This document shows positions 1 to 15,160 of a DNA stretch of 64,000 nt, one piece after another (positions within the stretch are counted from its first letter, which is position 1; each line of letters opens with the position of its first letter). The position numbers were made by a program, and so were the translations under genes. Where the stretch lies: the NCBI RefSeq assembly GCF_009914755.1, contig NC_060929.1, one strand, 5' to 3'. The notes beneath the pieces were generated by a model, which saw only the letters and a program-made list of their open reading frames with translations, made no database searches and was not told where the DNA came from. The stretch comes from the human T2T-CHM13v2.0 reference genome, Homo sapiens.

Positions 1-714
1 AGCACCTAGCTCAGTGACTAAACAGATTATTGGCCCATTGTTCACCACCACCCATGACGATCAGAGAAAACCAAAAACCTGAGCTCCCACAACTTTATGT
101 CAAAGAGATGCTCTTATCTAAGCCCCCTTTTTCCCAAGCCTTGTAATGAGGGGAGGCAGTCATTGCAGTTTGTGAAGGAAGGCTCTATACAAATGGGCCT
201 TCTGGCACCCTAATTACAGCCATAAAGTCAGTTCCCAAATAGGATTCACAGCTGCTCCCTCTGACTTGACCACAGGCCACATGGCAACTGGCTAGCCCCG
301 TAGTGCAGCCAAGCCACTCTCAGCAGCTCATCAGTGAATCTTATTCCCCTGGTATTACAGGAACATCTGCAAGATTCATTTTGTCCTGCAGAGTAAGGAA
401 AAGAAAAATGCCACATACTGACTTGCTTGTTAGAAATAAAAGACTTTCCATTGAGCTGAGCCATTTGCTTCTGAATAGCAATGTAAATAAAGTCATTCTG
501 CAGCTGGATCTCCTGCAGCCTAAGAGGCCCAGGATGGAGACAGGGCTGTCTGGGGCAAGTGTCATCTTGGCAGATGGGAGAATGTAAGGGCAAGCATGCT
601 GAGCAGTTGTCTGTTCAAAACCTCTAAACATGAGAAGGTGGGAGAGAGATGGATTATGAAGAAGTTCTAGGCTGAAAGCATTGCACAACTCTGTAATAGG
701 TAGTTAATACCAAG

Positions 715-1146
715 TATGAAAGGAAAATAAAAACTTGGGACCCTAATTCACTCTGCCAAAAGAAAAAAATTAAGCTGAAAGCTGAGTCATGCAAGAAGCT
801 ACCTTTCCTTTTGTTCCTAAGCAGACAGTTACAGATAAAAGGTTAACTACCTCCACAGGTAGGTACTGTATATTCACCTTATCTCATGTAAATTGCCAGT
901 TTACTGAGCTCCAGACAAATATGTAATTGACTATTCCCCTACCTGCTCCTTTTCTCTTGCAACATGTGGATTCAGTAATGTGACCACACCTTCCCTTCCA
1001 GCCTGCTTTTCCCCTTTAAATATTGAAGCCCTCAAAATCATATTTGGAGAAAGGCACAGACATGTCTCCCAAGTGCACTTCCTTAATCTTGGCAAAATAA
1101 ATTTCTAAATTGATTGAGACCTGTCTCAGATACATCTTGGTTTACA
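715..1146 (+). mobile_element. 5' LTR of outer MER4-group ERV1 provirus (MER83-like)
   Basis: Starts t(a)tgaaaggaaaataaaaacttggg and ends ggtttaca with AATAAA near the end. Followed by a degenerate PBS (ggcaaccaatggaagggatt). A matching partial LTR begins at 14897. Confidence 0.8.
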
Positions 1147-1448
1147 AATAGGCAACCAATGGAAGGGATTCTGAGTGGAGGTGGTCCTGACCTTTGACAA
1201 ACCTCCTATTGGTGCTTGGTACCAGCTTGAGCTCTTTTCATTGCTCAAACCAACAGGATAATTTGCCAAGGTCCAGGGACTCCGCCTCCAGAAAAATCTC
1301 TCATCTCCCAAAATGTGGTTGAGATCTAAGGTTTACCTTGCTGTACAATTCCTTTTCTGGAGTTTTACTTCCAACAAGGAAGGCCAGATTTCCTGCTTCC
1401 TTTATGATGGAGAGTAGGCAATTCTTTTCTGCAGTTTCAGTTCACTTC

Positions 1449-2094
1449 TGTAAACCGCAAAGTATTTGAGGATAGGTCTCAATTGATTTAGAAGGTTCTT
1501 TTGCCAAGGTTATGGACGCACACCTGGAAGACAGATCTGTGCCTTTCTCCAAAGATGATTTTGAGGGCTTCAGTATTTAAAGGGGGAAGGCAGATACTGG
1601 GGAAAGAAAAAGAAATTTTGAAAAGATGTGGGTAGATAAGAGGCAAGCAGTTGCATTCTTTTGAGTCTTTGATCAGCCTTTCACATTTGACGGGGTTAGA
1701 GGAATCATCACTTAGGCATTCATCTAGCTCAGTGAATCTGCATTTTTATATAAGATAAAATAAACATAAGGCAGAGGAAGCAATCAGATATGCATTTATC
1801 TCAGATTAGCAGAGGGAGGACATTGAGTCCTGTCCTTTGTCCCATACTTGTGATAAGCTTTCAATTTACATTGTCAGGGTGAAATTCAAGAGTTGTTTTA
1901 AGGTAAAAATCTTGGGGCCCACAAGGCATTTCCTAGGGGGCAAATTATGGGGATTGTAACTTTTTAAGAAAAATCTTTGTAGCTATCTTTTTTAGAAATG
2001 AAATGGGAGGCAGGTTTGCCTGATGCCATTCTCAGCTTGGCTTTTCCCTTTGGCTTAGTGATTCTGGGGTCCCTAGATTTATTTTCCTTTCACA
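1449..2094 (-). mobile_element. Solo MER4-group LTR (LTR43/MER4B-like)
   Basis: TG...CA termini; reverse complement starts tgtgaaaggaaaataaatctagggacccc. 4-bp TSD cttc at 1445-1448 and 2095-2098. Confidence 0.8.
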
Positions 2095-2674
2095 CTTCCA
2101 ATAGGGAAGGCAAGTTTGAGTTTTTGTTTGCTTCTAACATGGTAGAGAACAGTCTTAAATTTAAAACTGCCTGTCTAAATACAATTGGTCTCCTTACACA
2201 TATTATGAAAACTGTAAAAAAAGAAAAGAAAACTGTAATAGTAATCATTTAAAGTTATTTGGTAGATTACCATATTTGGTAGAATATGGTAGATTTCTAT
2301 AATTTTATGTTTGACTTGGCATCTATTTTTAATCTCTTTCTAGCACACCAGACTCTCTCTTTGTACTTTGAGAAGTAAATTTCACAATCTGATTTTCACC
2401 TCAGAGTTGTTCTTTTAGTAGGCAAATTTAGTGCTATCTAGCTGACAATTGCATAGGGTAATGAAAAAGATTATCAAGAAATTGGAAGCCTATAATAGGA
2501 GGTAAAAAAAAAAAAGTGGTCTTATGAATCTATAAGATCTACACCATATCTACATGTCTAATATGTCTATGTATTTATGTGTCATGCATGTAATGTTTCA
2601 CTACCAAAAATATATAAAAGAGCTCTGATTAACTGGCTTAAAGAAAAAAAGCACTCAAATGAAATACTGTATCA

Positions 2675-3130
<456 letters not shown>

Positions 3131-3847
3131 TTATCATTTAGATTTATTGGTCAAGCAGTTTGATATTTATCTCTGCCAGATACTATAAGCTTCAAAATTT
3201 GGCATGAGAGTTATAAAGCTTGCAGACCAAAAGAGAATTATGTTTGTGTAATTTTTTAACAAATAAGACATTTAATATTGTTGGTTTAATGAAAATAGCT
3301 AAATCCTGAGTTATTGAGCAAAAACACTCATTTGGTTATTTCATAGGTAATTTAGGTAAACTATTTTTTAAATTAATTAATTAGGTAAATATAATGAAAT
3401 AAATGCTTGTAAAAGGAAAATATCTTGAGGCCCAACATCACTAAGCTAAAGGGAAAATTCAAGCTGGGAACTGCTCAGGGCAAATCTGCCTTCCATTCTA
3501 TTCAAAGTCATCCCTCTTCTCACTGAGACAGATGTACATTCTGATTGCCTTCTTTGGAAAGACTTACCAGAAACTCATAAGAATGTAACCATTTGTCTCT
3601 CACCTATCTGTGACCTGGAAGCCCCGCTCCCTGCTTCAAGTTGTCTGGATGGAACCAATATACTTCTTACACATATTAACTGATGTCTCATATCTCCCTA
3701 AAATGTATAAAACCAAGCGGTGCCCTGACCACCTGGGCACATGTCATCAGGACTTACTGAGGCTGCGTCATGAGCACGTCCTCAACCTTGGCAAAAAAAC
3801 TTTCTAAATTAACTGAGACCTGTCTCAAATTTTGGGGCTTCACATTT

Positions 3848-3865
3848 TGGTAACCACTAAGGGGT
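3848..3865 (+). promoter_or_regulatory. Primer binding site, tRNA-Arg(TCG)-like
   Basis: tggtaaccactaaggggt, 3 nt after the LTR, versus TGGTAACCACGAAGGGAT, the complement of a tRNA-Arg(TCG) 3' end (from recall). Confidence 0.6.
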
Positions 3866-6014
3866 TCTGAGTGGAGATGCCCCTGACCTTTGACAAATCT
3901 TGTGTTGGTGCTTGGTGCCAACATGCGCTAACTTCATGGCAAAAACCAATAGGACAATTTGCTGAGGTCTAAGAACACTGCCTCCAGAGGATCCCTAATT
4001 TCCCAAAATTTAGTCAAGATCTAAAGCTTATTTTGCTGTAAAAACTCCTTTTTTTTTTTTTTTTTTTTTTTTAGTTTTACTTGAGTCCAACATTCCAACA
4101 CAAGGAAGGCAAGTTTTTCCTGCTTCCATGATGATGGAAGGTAGGTAACTCCTTTATGGAGTTTGAGTTCATTTCCAACAGGGAAGATGAGGGGTTTCTT
4201 TTCCTGCTTCTAGGATGGTAGAGAGCACTCTTCAGCCTGAGACCCATCCCTAGGTAAGTAATTGAATTGGGATTTGTCTTGGCTAAAGTTAGATTAACAG
4301 CCAGCTGGTCTTAATTTCTCCTTACCATTAGAGCACTCAGTGATCTTACCGTTGGAGTTTCTTTGTTATTTGTTCTGGTCTGAGGTTGTTGTTTAAGGAT
4401 TCTAATTCTACTTTAAAGATGCATTCTAAATAGTCTTCTCCATTGCCTTTTCTCCCAAATTTAATCTTAATTTGGTTTGTCAGTGTGCATTTTCATGAGG
4501 AGCTGAAATGTTGTTTTCACATGTTAATGAGAGACTGAGCTTTCTCAGCTCCAAAGAGGAAGGGCATTTGTTCCTCCCAGCCAAAAGGTGTCCCTGGGTG
4601 ACTGGGGGCCCCATCACAGTGTCTAGGGCATTGATCCCCCATGCCATGACATGTAGTGGCCCTTCTGGGAAACCCCCAACAAAAATTAATTTTTAAAATG
4701 GCTCATCCAGGAAATACATATAAGGGCTGATCACCCAGCATTTTTAGCCCTCTCTGAGGTCATAGACCTCTGGAGAAAGAAACTGAAAGAAACTCTAGAG
4801 ACAGAAATGTAAGAGGGTGGATGTACTCAGTGGTGACACATTGTAGAGTCCTGACCAAAAGCAGCATATATCAATCTACCACATAAAAACCTTAGGCAAG
4901 AGCTCAGTTCTTCCTTTTAAGAAAAAGAAAAGCGGGAAACAAATAATCTAAGAAAGAAAACAAGGAAAATGACCCCCTTTCAAGGACTCCATGGGTTTCA
5001 TGGCACATCTACTTGCCAAAGTTTATGTAAAATGAAAATAATATGGTCTTTGTAAACAATTACCTTAAGGAAAAGGAGCCCGAAGGTCAACCTGAAAACT
5101 ATAGAGTTCCTAAGTCCTCTTTTTCTCTATTTTTTTCTTTTCTGCCTGCTCTAAATATGCTGTTATTTTTCTATTAAGACAAAAACCGCTGTTTAGATCC
5201 AACAAGCCCTTTTTGCAAGCCAATGATTTCATGTTTATCTCATGGTTAAAAGTTCTGAAGTAAAAGCTATAGGATCTTTGTGTGTGTGTGTGTACATATT
5301 TAAAAGGCCTTTATAATTTCTATAATTTTATGTTTAATAGGCAATTAAAACCATTTTAATTTCCCTCCAACATACCAAACTTTTTCTCTCTGCACATTAT
5401 AATGTAAATTTTGCTCTTTGACTTTTACCTGAGTTGCTTTCTTTAATATGCAAATTTAAGGCTATTTAGCTGACAACAGCTCAGGGTTGTAAAACACATT
5501 ATCAAGAATCTGAAAGTCTAAGATAGGGAAAAAAAGGTTTTTGTGAATCTATAAAATGTACTTCTATCAGCATGCCTAATGCATCTATATATTTATGTGT
5601 TGTGTACACAATATTTTACTACTAAAAATATATAAAAGATCTCTAATTAATGGGCTTAAAAGTAAAATCAAAGTGCTTAAATTAGATATGAAAAAGGAAA
5701 AGACTAGTCAAATGCTTTTTCAAGTTTATGTAACTTAAGTAAAATCTTTAGTAAACAAGCTAGCTTTAAAATTATTGGCAAAGTAATATTAAAAATGTCT
5801 TAAGAATTGCCAGCATACATTGTTTGCATTTATTAATCAAGCAAGTTCATACTTATCCCTGCCAAATACTATAAGGTGTCAAAATTTGGCACAGAGTTTA
5901 CAAAACTATAAACCTAGCCCAAGACAGAATGATCTTTGCTTGTGTAATCTTTAATGAATAAGACACTGATACTGGTTTCATGAAAATAGCTACATCTTGA
6001 ATTGTTTAGTAAAA

Positions 6015-6244
6015 TTACCATAACTTCTAATCTTCTGTATTTACACAGCCTAGTCCATGGGCAGTAAGGAGGTTTGTTATGGGACAGGACTGTAATCGTC
6101 TTTGTTTCAAAGCTAAAGTATAAGCTAAGTTCCTCCCAAAGTCTAGTAATTAACAAGGACAGCTTAGAGGTTAGAAGCAAGATGGAGTCAGTTAGGTTAT
6201 GTCTTTTTCACTGTCTCAGCCATAATTTTGCAATGGCAGTTTCA
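6015..6244 (-). mobile_element. LTR8-like 5' fragment embedded antisense in MER4 internal sequence
   Basis: Reverse complement starts tgaaactgccattgcaaaattat and contains gactccatcttgcttctaacc, typical of the LTR8 5' end. Confidence 0.65.
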
Positions 6245-6379
6245 TAACTTCAAATCATGACTATTGTAGTTTTCATAAATAATCTAGGGAAACAATTAAA
6301 ATAATTAGGGAAATGTAATGGGATAAATACTTGTAGACAAACTCAGCATAATTTAGACTCTAAGGTTATATTAAATTAA

Positions 6380-6728
<349 letters not shown>

Positions 6729-8655
6729 GAAAACATTCTTACTGAAAAAAAAGGGAGGGTGTTCTTTTTAAAAAAAGGTGAGTAAGTTTTATCTCATTCA
6801 AAGCTTATTTAAAAGTTATGTATAAAACAAGGTAAAAGGCACCAGGAAATAAGACAGATGTAAATAAAGTTATAAAAATAAAGAGTTTTTTTTGTGGTAA
6901 GAAAGCTGAAAAAGAAATAATTGTATATGAGAAAGAATCTTGTACGGTAAATTTAGCCCTAAAATAAAATGACTGGTTGTTAAAGAAAGAGGGATATTCA
7001 GGACAAACCAGAAAGTCCAGGCATGTCATGAACAGTTGGTTTAAGTAATAATAAGAGAATTTATCTGAAAAAAAAAACTTTCATTTGATCAGGTTGTCAT
7101 ATTATTATTAAGTTCTGGTTTGCTTATGAATAAAAACTGAGTTTAAAAAAATTTTTGGATTAAGGTTATTACATCCATGTTATCTTCCTGTATGTGTTTT
7201 TAAAGTCTTGTGACATTTAGGGCTTTGAATCCTGGGTCTTAAGAGGACACCAAGTCTTGCTAAATCTTAAACACTCACAGCAATTAAAGCCTCATTATTA
7301 TGCCCCATAGAAGATGCCAATCAAAATAAACTGCTTTTCTGAGACACAGAGCCAGAAATTAAAGCTAGTCAACTCCTCAAGGCCCAGGGACTGAAATGCA
7401 AGATGCAGGCACATGAGATTGTAAGGGTGAGTTTTGAAAGATAAAATTAAGTTCAGTTTCTCTATAAAGTAATCATTAATGTCAAAGGTGCACTGATGCA
7501 AGATCAGCATATGGGCCCCTGTGTCAGATTAACAAGGTTTTCTTTAAGCATTAGCCAACTCCTTAATGAAGGTTGTAAGGGTTATAAAAGGCTTATGGAA
7601 GCTATAGCTGATGGTCAAGATTACAATTTTATAGATTGTTTATAAAATTTTGGAAAACAAATTTAATTGGCTTCATGTTGTTTTTATTAGGGCTATTGCT
7701 TGGAAAATTAAGTCTCCTCTCTCAAAGAATAAAGATTTTGCCTTTTTAAAAAAAATCCTTGCATTATCACTTTGGTTAAGTGAATGACTTATTTTGCAAT
7801 GACCTGTGATCCTATTTTGTGATATCAAGTGTTTTAAACCTTTGATATTTGACAAACTTTCCAAAATCAAGTTATAAATTATGTTTTCTTCTGACCTAAT
7901 TAATTCTTTAAGATATTAGGTCCTTTAAAGTCCAAAAATGACATAATTTGGCTTATTTGCTACAAAAAAACTATCCAGGAAGTATTGTCAAATATGAAAT
8001 GGTGTTTGGTTTTCTTTGGGCTGTATTTGTATAAATATGTTATTGGTATGTGTTCCAAAATTATGGGAAACTCTTACAATTCTGATATAACAGTGTGCAT
8101 TATCAGTAATAATTATAATTGTTATGTTAAATTATTGTGTGCCACAGAGGTAACAAATTTCCTTGTCAATTGTGTCTTTGACTATGACTGCCCTAAAGCT
8201 TTTTGTCTTCCACAGACAAGCCTTGTTTTGGTCCTCTTTAGAAGGTGGTTCTATAATCAGCTATGGAACTCTAACAGGTGTTCTTAAATGCAGGTTTCTG
8301 ATAACTTTGGAGACTGTGACATTATAATAGAGGGGAAAAAACTTTCAGGACTCTCATGAAGGCTGAAATGCTCATGAAGCAGAACAAGAGTTAACGGAGT
8401 AAACTGAACTGATAGAAAACTAAAGCAATCTTTTTTACTTTTGCTTTAATCGTTGCTAATCCTTTGTGGGTTGTTTTTAGTCTTGAAACTTTTGTTTTGA
8501 GCTGTTGACAGCTTTTAACAATTCAGTGTAATCCTATGAGCAAAATTTGGAGCATATTTGTTTCTGTCTACCTGATTTCCCCAGAGTTTGGAAACTATTG
8601 GTGAGTATTCTTAACTATGGCAATATAGTTATTGCATAAGTTCAGTAAGAATCTA

Positions 8656-9033
<378 letters not shown>

Positions 9034-9269
9034 TTAAGGAATCAAACTTGACTTATGAAGCCAATAAAGCCCTTGGAAAAGCTGGCCTTATGTTTTGTGT
9101 ACACAATCCCTGTACGGGGTTCCTGACCTGTGGTAAGTAAAGAATGTCATTTTCTGACAGGCCCAGGAGCCAGGTTTATCTTGCAACTGCAAGAGAAGAA
9201 GAAACTCACATAACTCATAGTTATTTAATGGCACAGATCCATGGCTGGGCTCAGCTTTAAAAAAGTCTT

Positions 9270-9617
<348 letters not shown>

Positions 9618-10111
9618 CTATGTAAAAAACAATTATTCTTGCTGCACTGTATACAAATAATTAGGCCAAGTATAATAAAGCAAACTAGTCCTACCATGAT
9701 TTGTCTTTAGTATGAGACAGAGAGAGAGAGAAATGAGAGAGAAAAATTATGTTTCAAAACTGTGCATCTATTGTAGATTCTAGTCTTGCCTAATGATTAT
9801 CTTCTACAATTTGGACCAATTCTAGATTTTTTTGGCTACAAGTCTTCAAAATAATGTTTTCAATTTTTTTCCTTGTTTTTTTCTTATTTTTCCTAATTTG
9901 GAGTCACTGAAAACTAAGCTATGTTTTCTTAAAGTCCTGTGAACCGAAGCCAGACAACTTAAACTTCAGAAGAAAATAACAACAACCTATTTACATGCAT
10001 AAGCCACTTTCATACCTGCCCACTAATGTCTGGACTTCGGAGTAATGTGACCTTTATCAATTATTCCAGGATTGTTCTTTTGTTTGTTGTTGTTTTTCTC
10101 CCTTCCTCCCC

Positions 10112-10983
10112 TATTGCGGGATCTGGCCAGCAGCCCACAATGCAATGGGGCTCTCTCTGTTCCCAGGTGGATCAGCAGGTTGAGAAATAATAGACACACA
10201 GAAGATAGTGAAAGCTGGGTCCAGGGGGGTCACCACTTTCTTGTCCCACGGTGCCAACAATGCACTGGATATACCAGCATTTATTATTAAATTTAGTGAG
10301 GGCAGGGGTAGGTTAGTGAGGGATTTAGGGTCATTTGATTATGAGGTGAGATGGTCACATGGGGATAAAGTAATTCTTTAACATAACATTTGTATGTAGA
10401 AGTACAGTATACAGAGATAAGAATTTACAATATAATGTGTGCATCAGTAATTTCTAACAGAGCCTTAAAACAGAAACACAATCTTTCTGTAACCTACGAT
10501 TAGCAAGATATTAATCAGCAGTAACAATTTCAACAAAAGCTGGTTAAACAATCCATGGAAACAGGAGGTGAAGCTAGACAACCGGTTAGACCAGAAATTC
10601 TCAGAAGGGAGTATGCCTTAACCCTAAAGAGACCTAGAAGAGCCGTGGTAAGAAGAGGGTGTTTATAGCCCTGTTTTATCCATATGGACAGGTGCCCCCA
10701 CCATGCATCCGTTTATAGGCTCTCCACAAGGGTCGCATTCCATTCCCAGAGCTATGAACATCTGCTTTTCTGGGATAGGAATCTTGGTGATGTGAAACCT
10801 CCCTGACTGCACGTCCATTCATAGGCTCTCTGCAGGGGGAAGCACATTACACACTGTTGGCTTGTTCTGGCAGTCCAACCTGGCATTGTCTTTACACAAT
10901 CCTGCATTCAATTTTGTATTTACAATAATCAGGAGCATTTCATCTTTTATTCCATAGCAATAGTTTCAGGGGGTCTCCCTACA
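10112..10983 (-). mobile_element. Solo MER11D-like LTR (HERV-K HML-7 group)
   Basis: 872 bp; reverse complement starts tgtagggagaccccctgaaactattgc. Homologous to the LTRs at 50040-50892 and 56731-57619. Perfect 6-bp TSD ctcccc (10106-10111, 10984-10989). Confidence 0.88.
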
Positions 10984-13695
10984 CTCCCCCTATTTTCTCT
11001 TCATAGGACATGAAACTTCACAGACTGCTAAAAATGAGCTTTCGGGACCTAACCCATCTATGAATAAACTGTCCTAGCCATGAGAGATCAGATAAAACCT
11101 GAGACCAGAGATTCATTTTCTTCTAAAATGCTTTCCCCAAAATATTTTTAAAAAGAAGATGGGGAAAATGTGAAAGGAAGATATCTTGGGCTCCCAAAAT
11201 CACTAAGCTAAGCGAAAGGGAGAATTCAAGCTGGGAACTTCTCCGGGCCATTCTGCCTCCCATTGTATTCAAAGTCATCCCTCTGCTCACTTCGATAGAT
11301 GCACATTCTGATTGCCTCCTTTGGAAAGGCTTATTAGAAACTCAGAAGAATGCAACCATTTGTCTCTCACCTACCTGTGATCTGGAAGCCCCTCTCCTTG
11401 CTTGAAGTTGTCCCCCACTTTCTGGACAGAACCAACGTACTTCTTACACATATTGATTAATGTCTCATGACTCCCTAAAATGTATAAAACAAAGCTGTGC
11501 CCTAATTACCTTTGGCATATGTCATCAGGACTTTCTGAGTTTGTGTGCACATCCTCAACCTTGGCAAAATAAACTTTCTAAATTAAGTGAGACCTGTCTC
11601 AAATCTGGGGGGTTCACATGCTTGTTAATAAACATGTCACATAATTTAGCATCTGAAGTTATATTGAACTAAATAGTAAATATTCATTAAATGTCTGGGT
11701 CATTTTGAATTAAAAAATATATTGTAGGTAAATATTTTTCTTGCAAAATGCATTCTTATTTAAAGGAAAATGATTTTTGTCTAATTCAAAGGTTATTTAT
11801 AAAACAAGGTAAAAAGAATCAGTAAATAAGAGATATAAAGAAAGTTATAGATATAAAGAGTTTTTTTGGTAAGAAAGGGCACATGAGATTGTAAGGGCCA
11901 ATTTTGAGAAATAAAATTCATTCTGAGTTTCTCTATAAATTAAACATTAATATCAAAGGGACACTGATGCAACACCTGTATCTGGGCCCCTGTGTCAGAC
12001 TAACAAAGTTTTCATGAAGCATTAACCCACTTTTTAATTTAAAAAAAAGCATTAAAAGGTTTATGGAAACTATATCCTGTGGTCAAGATGATTAAAATTT
12101 AATAGATTTGTTTATAAGATTTGAGAGACAGATTTAATTAGCTTCATGCTGTCTTTATTAAGGCTTACTGTTTAGGAAAGTAAGTATCCTCACTCAAATA
12201 ACAAGGTTTTTCTCTGTTTAAAAAAAAAAATTGAGTTGTCACTTTGGCTAAATGAATGACTTCTTTTACAATGACCTGTGATCCTATTTTGTGATGTCAA
12301 GTGTTTTAAACTTTTGATATTTGACAAACTTTCCAAAATCAAATTCTATATTCAGTCCTTTTGACTTTATTTACTTTTTTGACTTTAGGTCCCCTAAGTC
12401 CAAAAGAGACATATTCAGCTTATTTGTTATAATAAAATCATGCAGGAAGTATTGTCAAATATGAAATGGTATTTAGCCTTCTTTGGATTATATTTATCTA
12501 AATGAGTTATTAGTATTTGTTCCAAAATTGTATGAGATTCCTGTGATTCTGATATGTCTTAGCATATACTATCAGTAGTAATTATAATTATTATGTAAAA
12601 TTGTTGTATGCCACAGAAGTAACCAAATTTCCTTGTCAATTGTCTCTTCAACCATGGCTGTTCTAAGACTTTCGTCATCCGCAATTGTTGTTTTACTTTG
12701 ATTCTTTCATAGAGCAGTTTATAATCAGCTATGGAGCTCTGAGGGGTACTCTTAAATACAGGTTTTGTATAAATTGAGAGATTGTGCCACAGGAATAGAG
12801 AGAAAAATTTCGAAGATTCTCATGGAGAGCCGATGTATTCATGAGGACTGTTGATCCAATATCAAGCAGAACAGGAGTTAGTTACATGGGCTGAACTAAC
12901 AGAAGACTGAGTTAATCTTTTACGGCTTCTTCAAAACATTTGCTGACTCTTTGTTTTGTTTTTCAGAGTCAAGAAAAGTTTCTTTTCTTTTAAGCTATTT
13001 AAAGCTGTTAACAATTGAGTAAAGGATACTCTTATGAGCAAAATTTGAAATGCAACCCCTTTCTCAAAACCTAATTTCTTTAAAATTTGAAAACTGTTTT
13101 GTGAGCATTCTTAATTTATGACAATATAGTTATCTGCATAAGTTCAATGAGAATCTGTTTTCTTTTCTAACATGGCATATTTGGAGACACTGGTTATTTT
13201 ACCAAGGTTTTGAGTGGAGTGATATTTTCAGATTGACTTTAGAAAATGAGGCTGGCTCATAGAGTTTAGAGAAGCCCCTTAGAAAAACGGACTTTATACC
13301 TTGTCTTTTACAGGGTGCCAACCTGTGGTAAATTAAGAATGTCATTTTTTGTCAGGCCCAGAAACCCCAAGTTTTCTTAGAACCTTGAAAAGAGAAGAAT
13401 TCATCCAATTCACACAGGTATCTGCAAGCACAGATAAATCCTTGGCTGGGCTCAAGGCTTTTAAAAAGGTCTAATCTTAGATTCCTTATGAAAAAGGTTC
13501 TGGCAAAGCCAATTAAAAAAAGACGGAGTGCCTATATGGAAAATAATTATTTTTGCTGCACTTTATGCAAATAACCAAGCAAAGTGTAATAGGACTGAAA
13601 GTTATTTTACAAATAAATTGGTACTATGATGATTTTGTCTTTCATAAAATTGAGGAATTGAAGAGGGAAAAATTATGCTTCAAAATAAACTATAG

Positions 13696-13988
13696 GGTCA
13701 GACACAGTGGCTATTCCTGTAATCCCAGAACTTTGGGGGCCTAAGGCAGGTGGACCACATGAGCCCAGGAGTTTGAGACCAGCTCAGGCAATACAGTGAG
13801 ACCCAGTCTCTACAAAAAAAATTTAAAAATTAGCCAGGTGTTGTGGCTCAATTGACAGTCCCAGATACTTGAGGACCTGAGGTAGGAAGATCACTTGAGC
13901 CTGGAAGGTTGAGGCTGCAGTGAACTGTGACCAACTCACTGTACTTAAGCCTGAGAGACAGAGCAAGACCCTGTCTCCAAAAAAAATA
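13696..13988 (+). mobile_element. AluJ
   Basis: Diverged Alu with gagcccaggagttt and gaggctgcagtga diagnostics. Confidence 0.9.
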
Positions 13989-14587
13989 ACTGCAGTACAC
14001 CTGTTATTAGATTCTAGTCTTGCCTAATGTTTTTCCATTTGTATTATTTTCTAAATAATAAAATTTTTATTTGGACTGAATTCTAAAATTTTTCCTGGAC
14101 ACAAGCTGGAATGTTTTCAATTTTTTTCCTTCTTCTTTTCCTTTTTTCTGCCCATTTTGTTCTAATTTGAAATCACTAAAAATTATGCTTTGCTCTTCTT
14201 AAAGCCCTGTAAACTGAAGCTAGATAACTTAAACATCAGAAGAAAATAACAGTAACCTATTTATATACATAAACTACTTTCATACCTGCCTACTGATGTA
14301 TGGACTTCAGAATAATGCAGCCTATATCAGTTTTCTAGGATTGTTCTATTTTATTTTTTTTGTTGGTTTATTGTTTTCTTTTTCTCTTCCTTCCCCTATT
14401 TTTTCTTGATAGGATAGGAGACCTTAAAATCTGTTAAAAAAAAATGAGCTTTCCTAACAATGTGGGACCTATTTGTCTAGGAACAAACTGTCCTAGCTAT
14501 GAGAGATCGAACAAAACCCAAGACCAGAGACTCATTTTCTTCTAAAATGTTTCCTCTGAAAGCTTTAAAAAGAAAAAACAGAGAGAG

Positions 14588-14885
<298 letters not shown>

Positions 14886-14896
14886 TAGAGAGAAAA

Positions 14897-15158
14897 TGTG
14901 AAAGGAAAATAAAAACTTGGGACCCCAATTCATTACACCAAAAAAAAAGAAAAAGAAAAATTAAGCTGAAAGCTGAGTCATGCAAAAAAGCTGCCTTTCC
15001 TTTTGTCCCTAAGCAAATAGCTACAGTTAAAAGGATTCCACAGGTAGCTACTCTATGTTCAACTTATCTTATATAAAGTGCCACTTTACTGAGTTCAAGA
15101 CTCAAGATGAATATATAATTGATTATTTCCCTATCTGCTCTTTTTCTCTTGCAACATG
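14897..15158 (+). mobile_element. Truncated 3' LTR of outer MER83-like provirus
   Basis: Matches 715-966 up to cttgcaacatgt, then is replaced by MaLR sequence. Confidence 0.85.
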
Positions 15159-15160
15159 TA

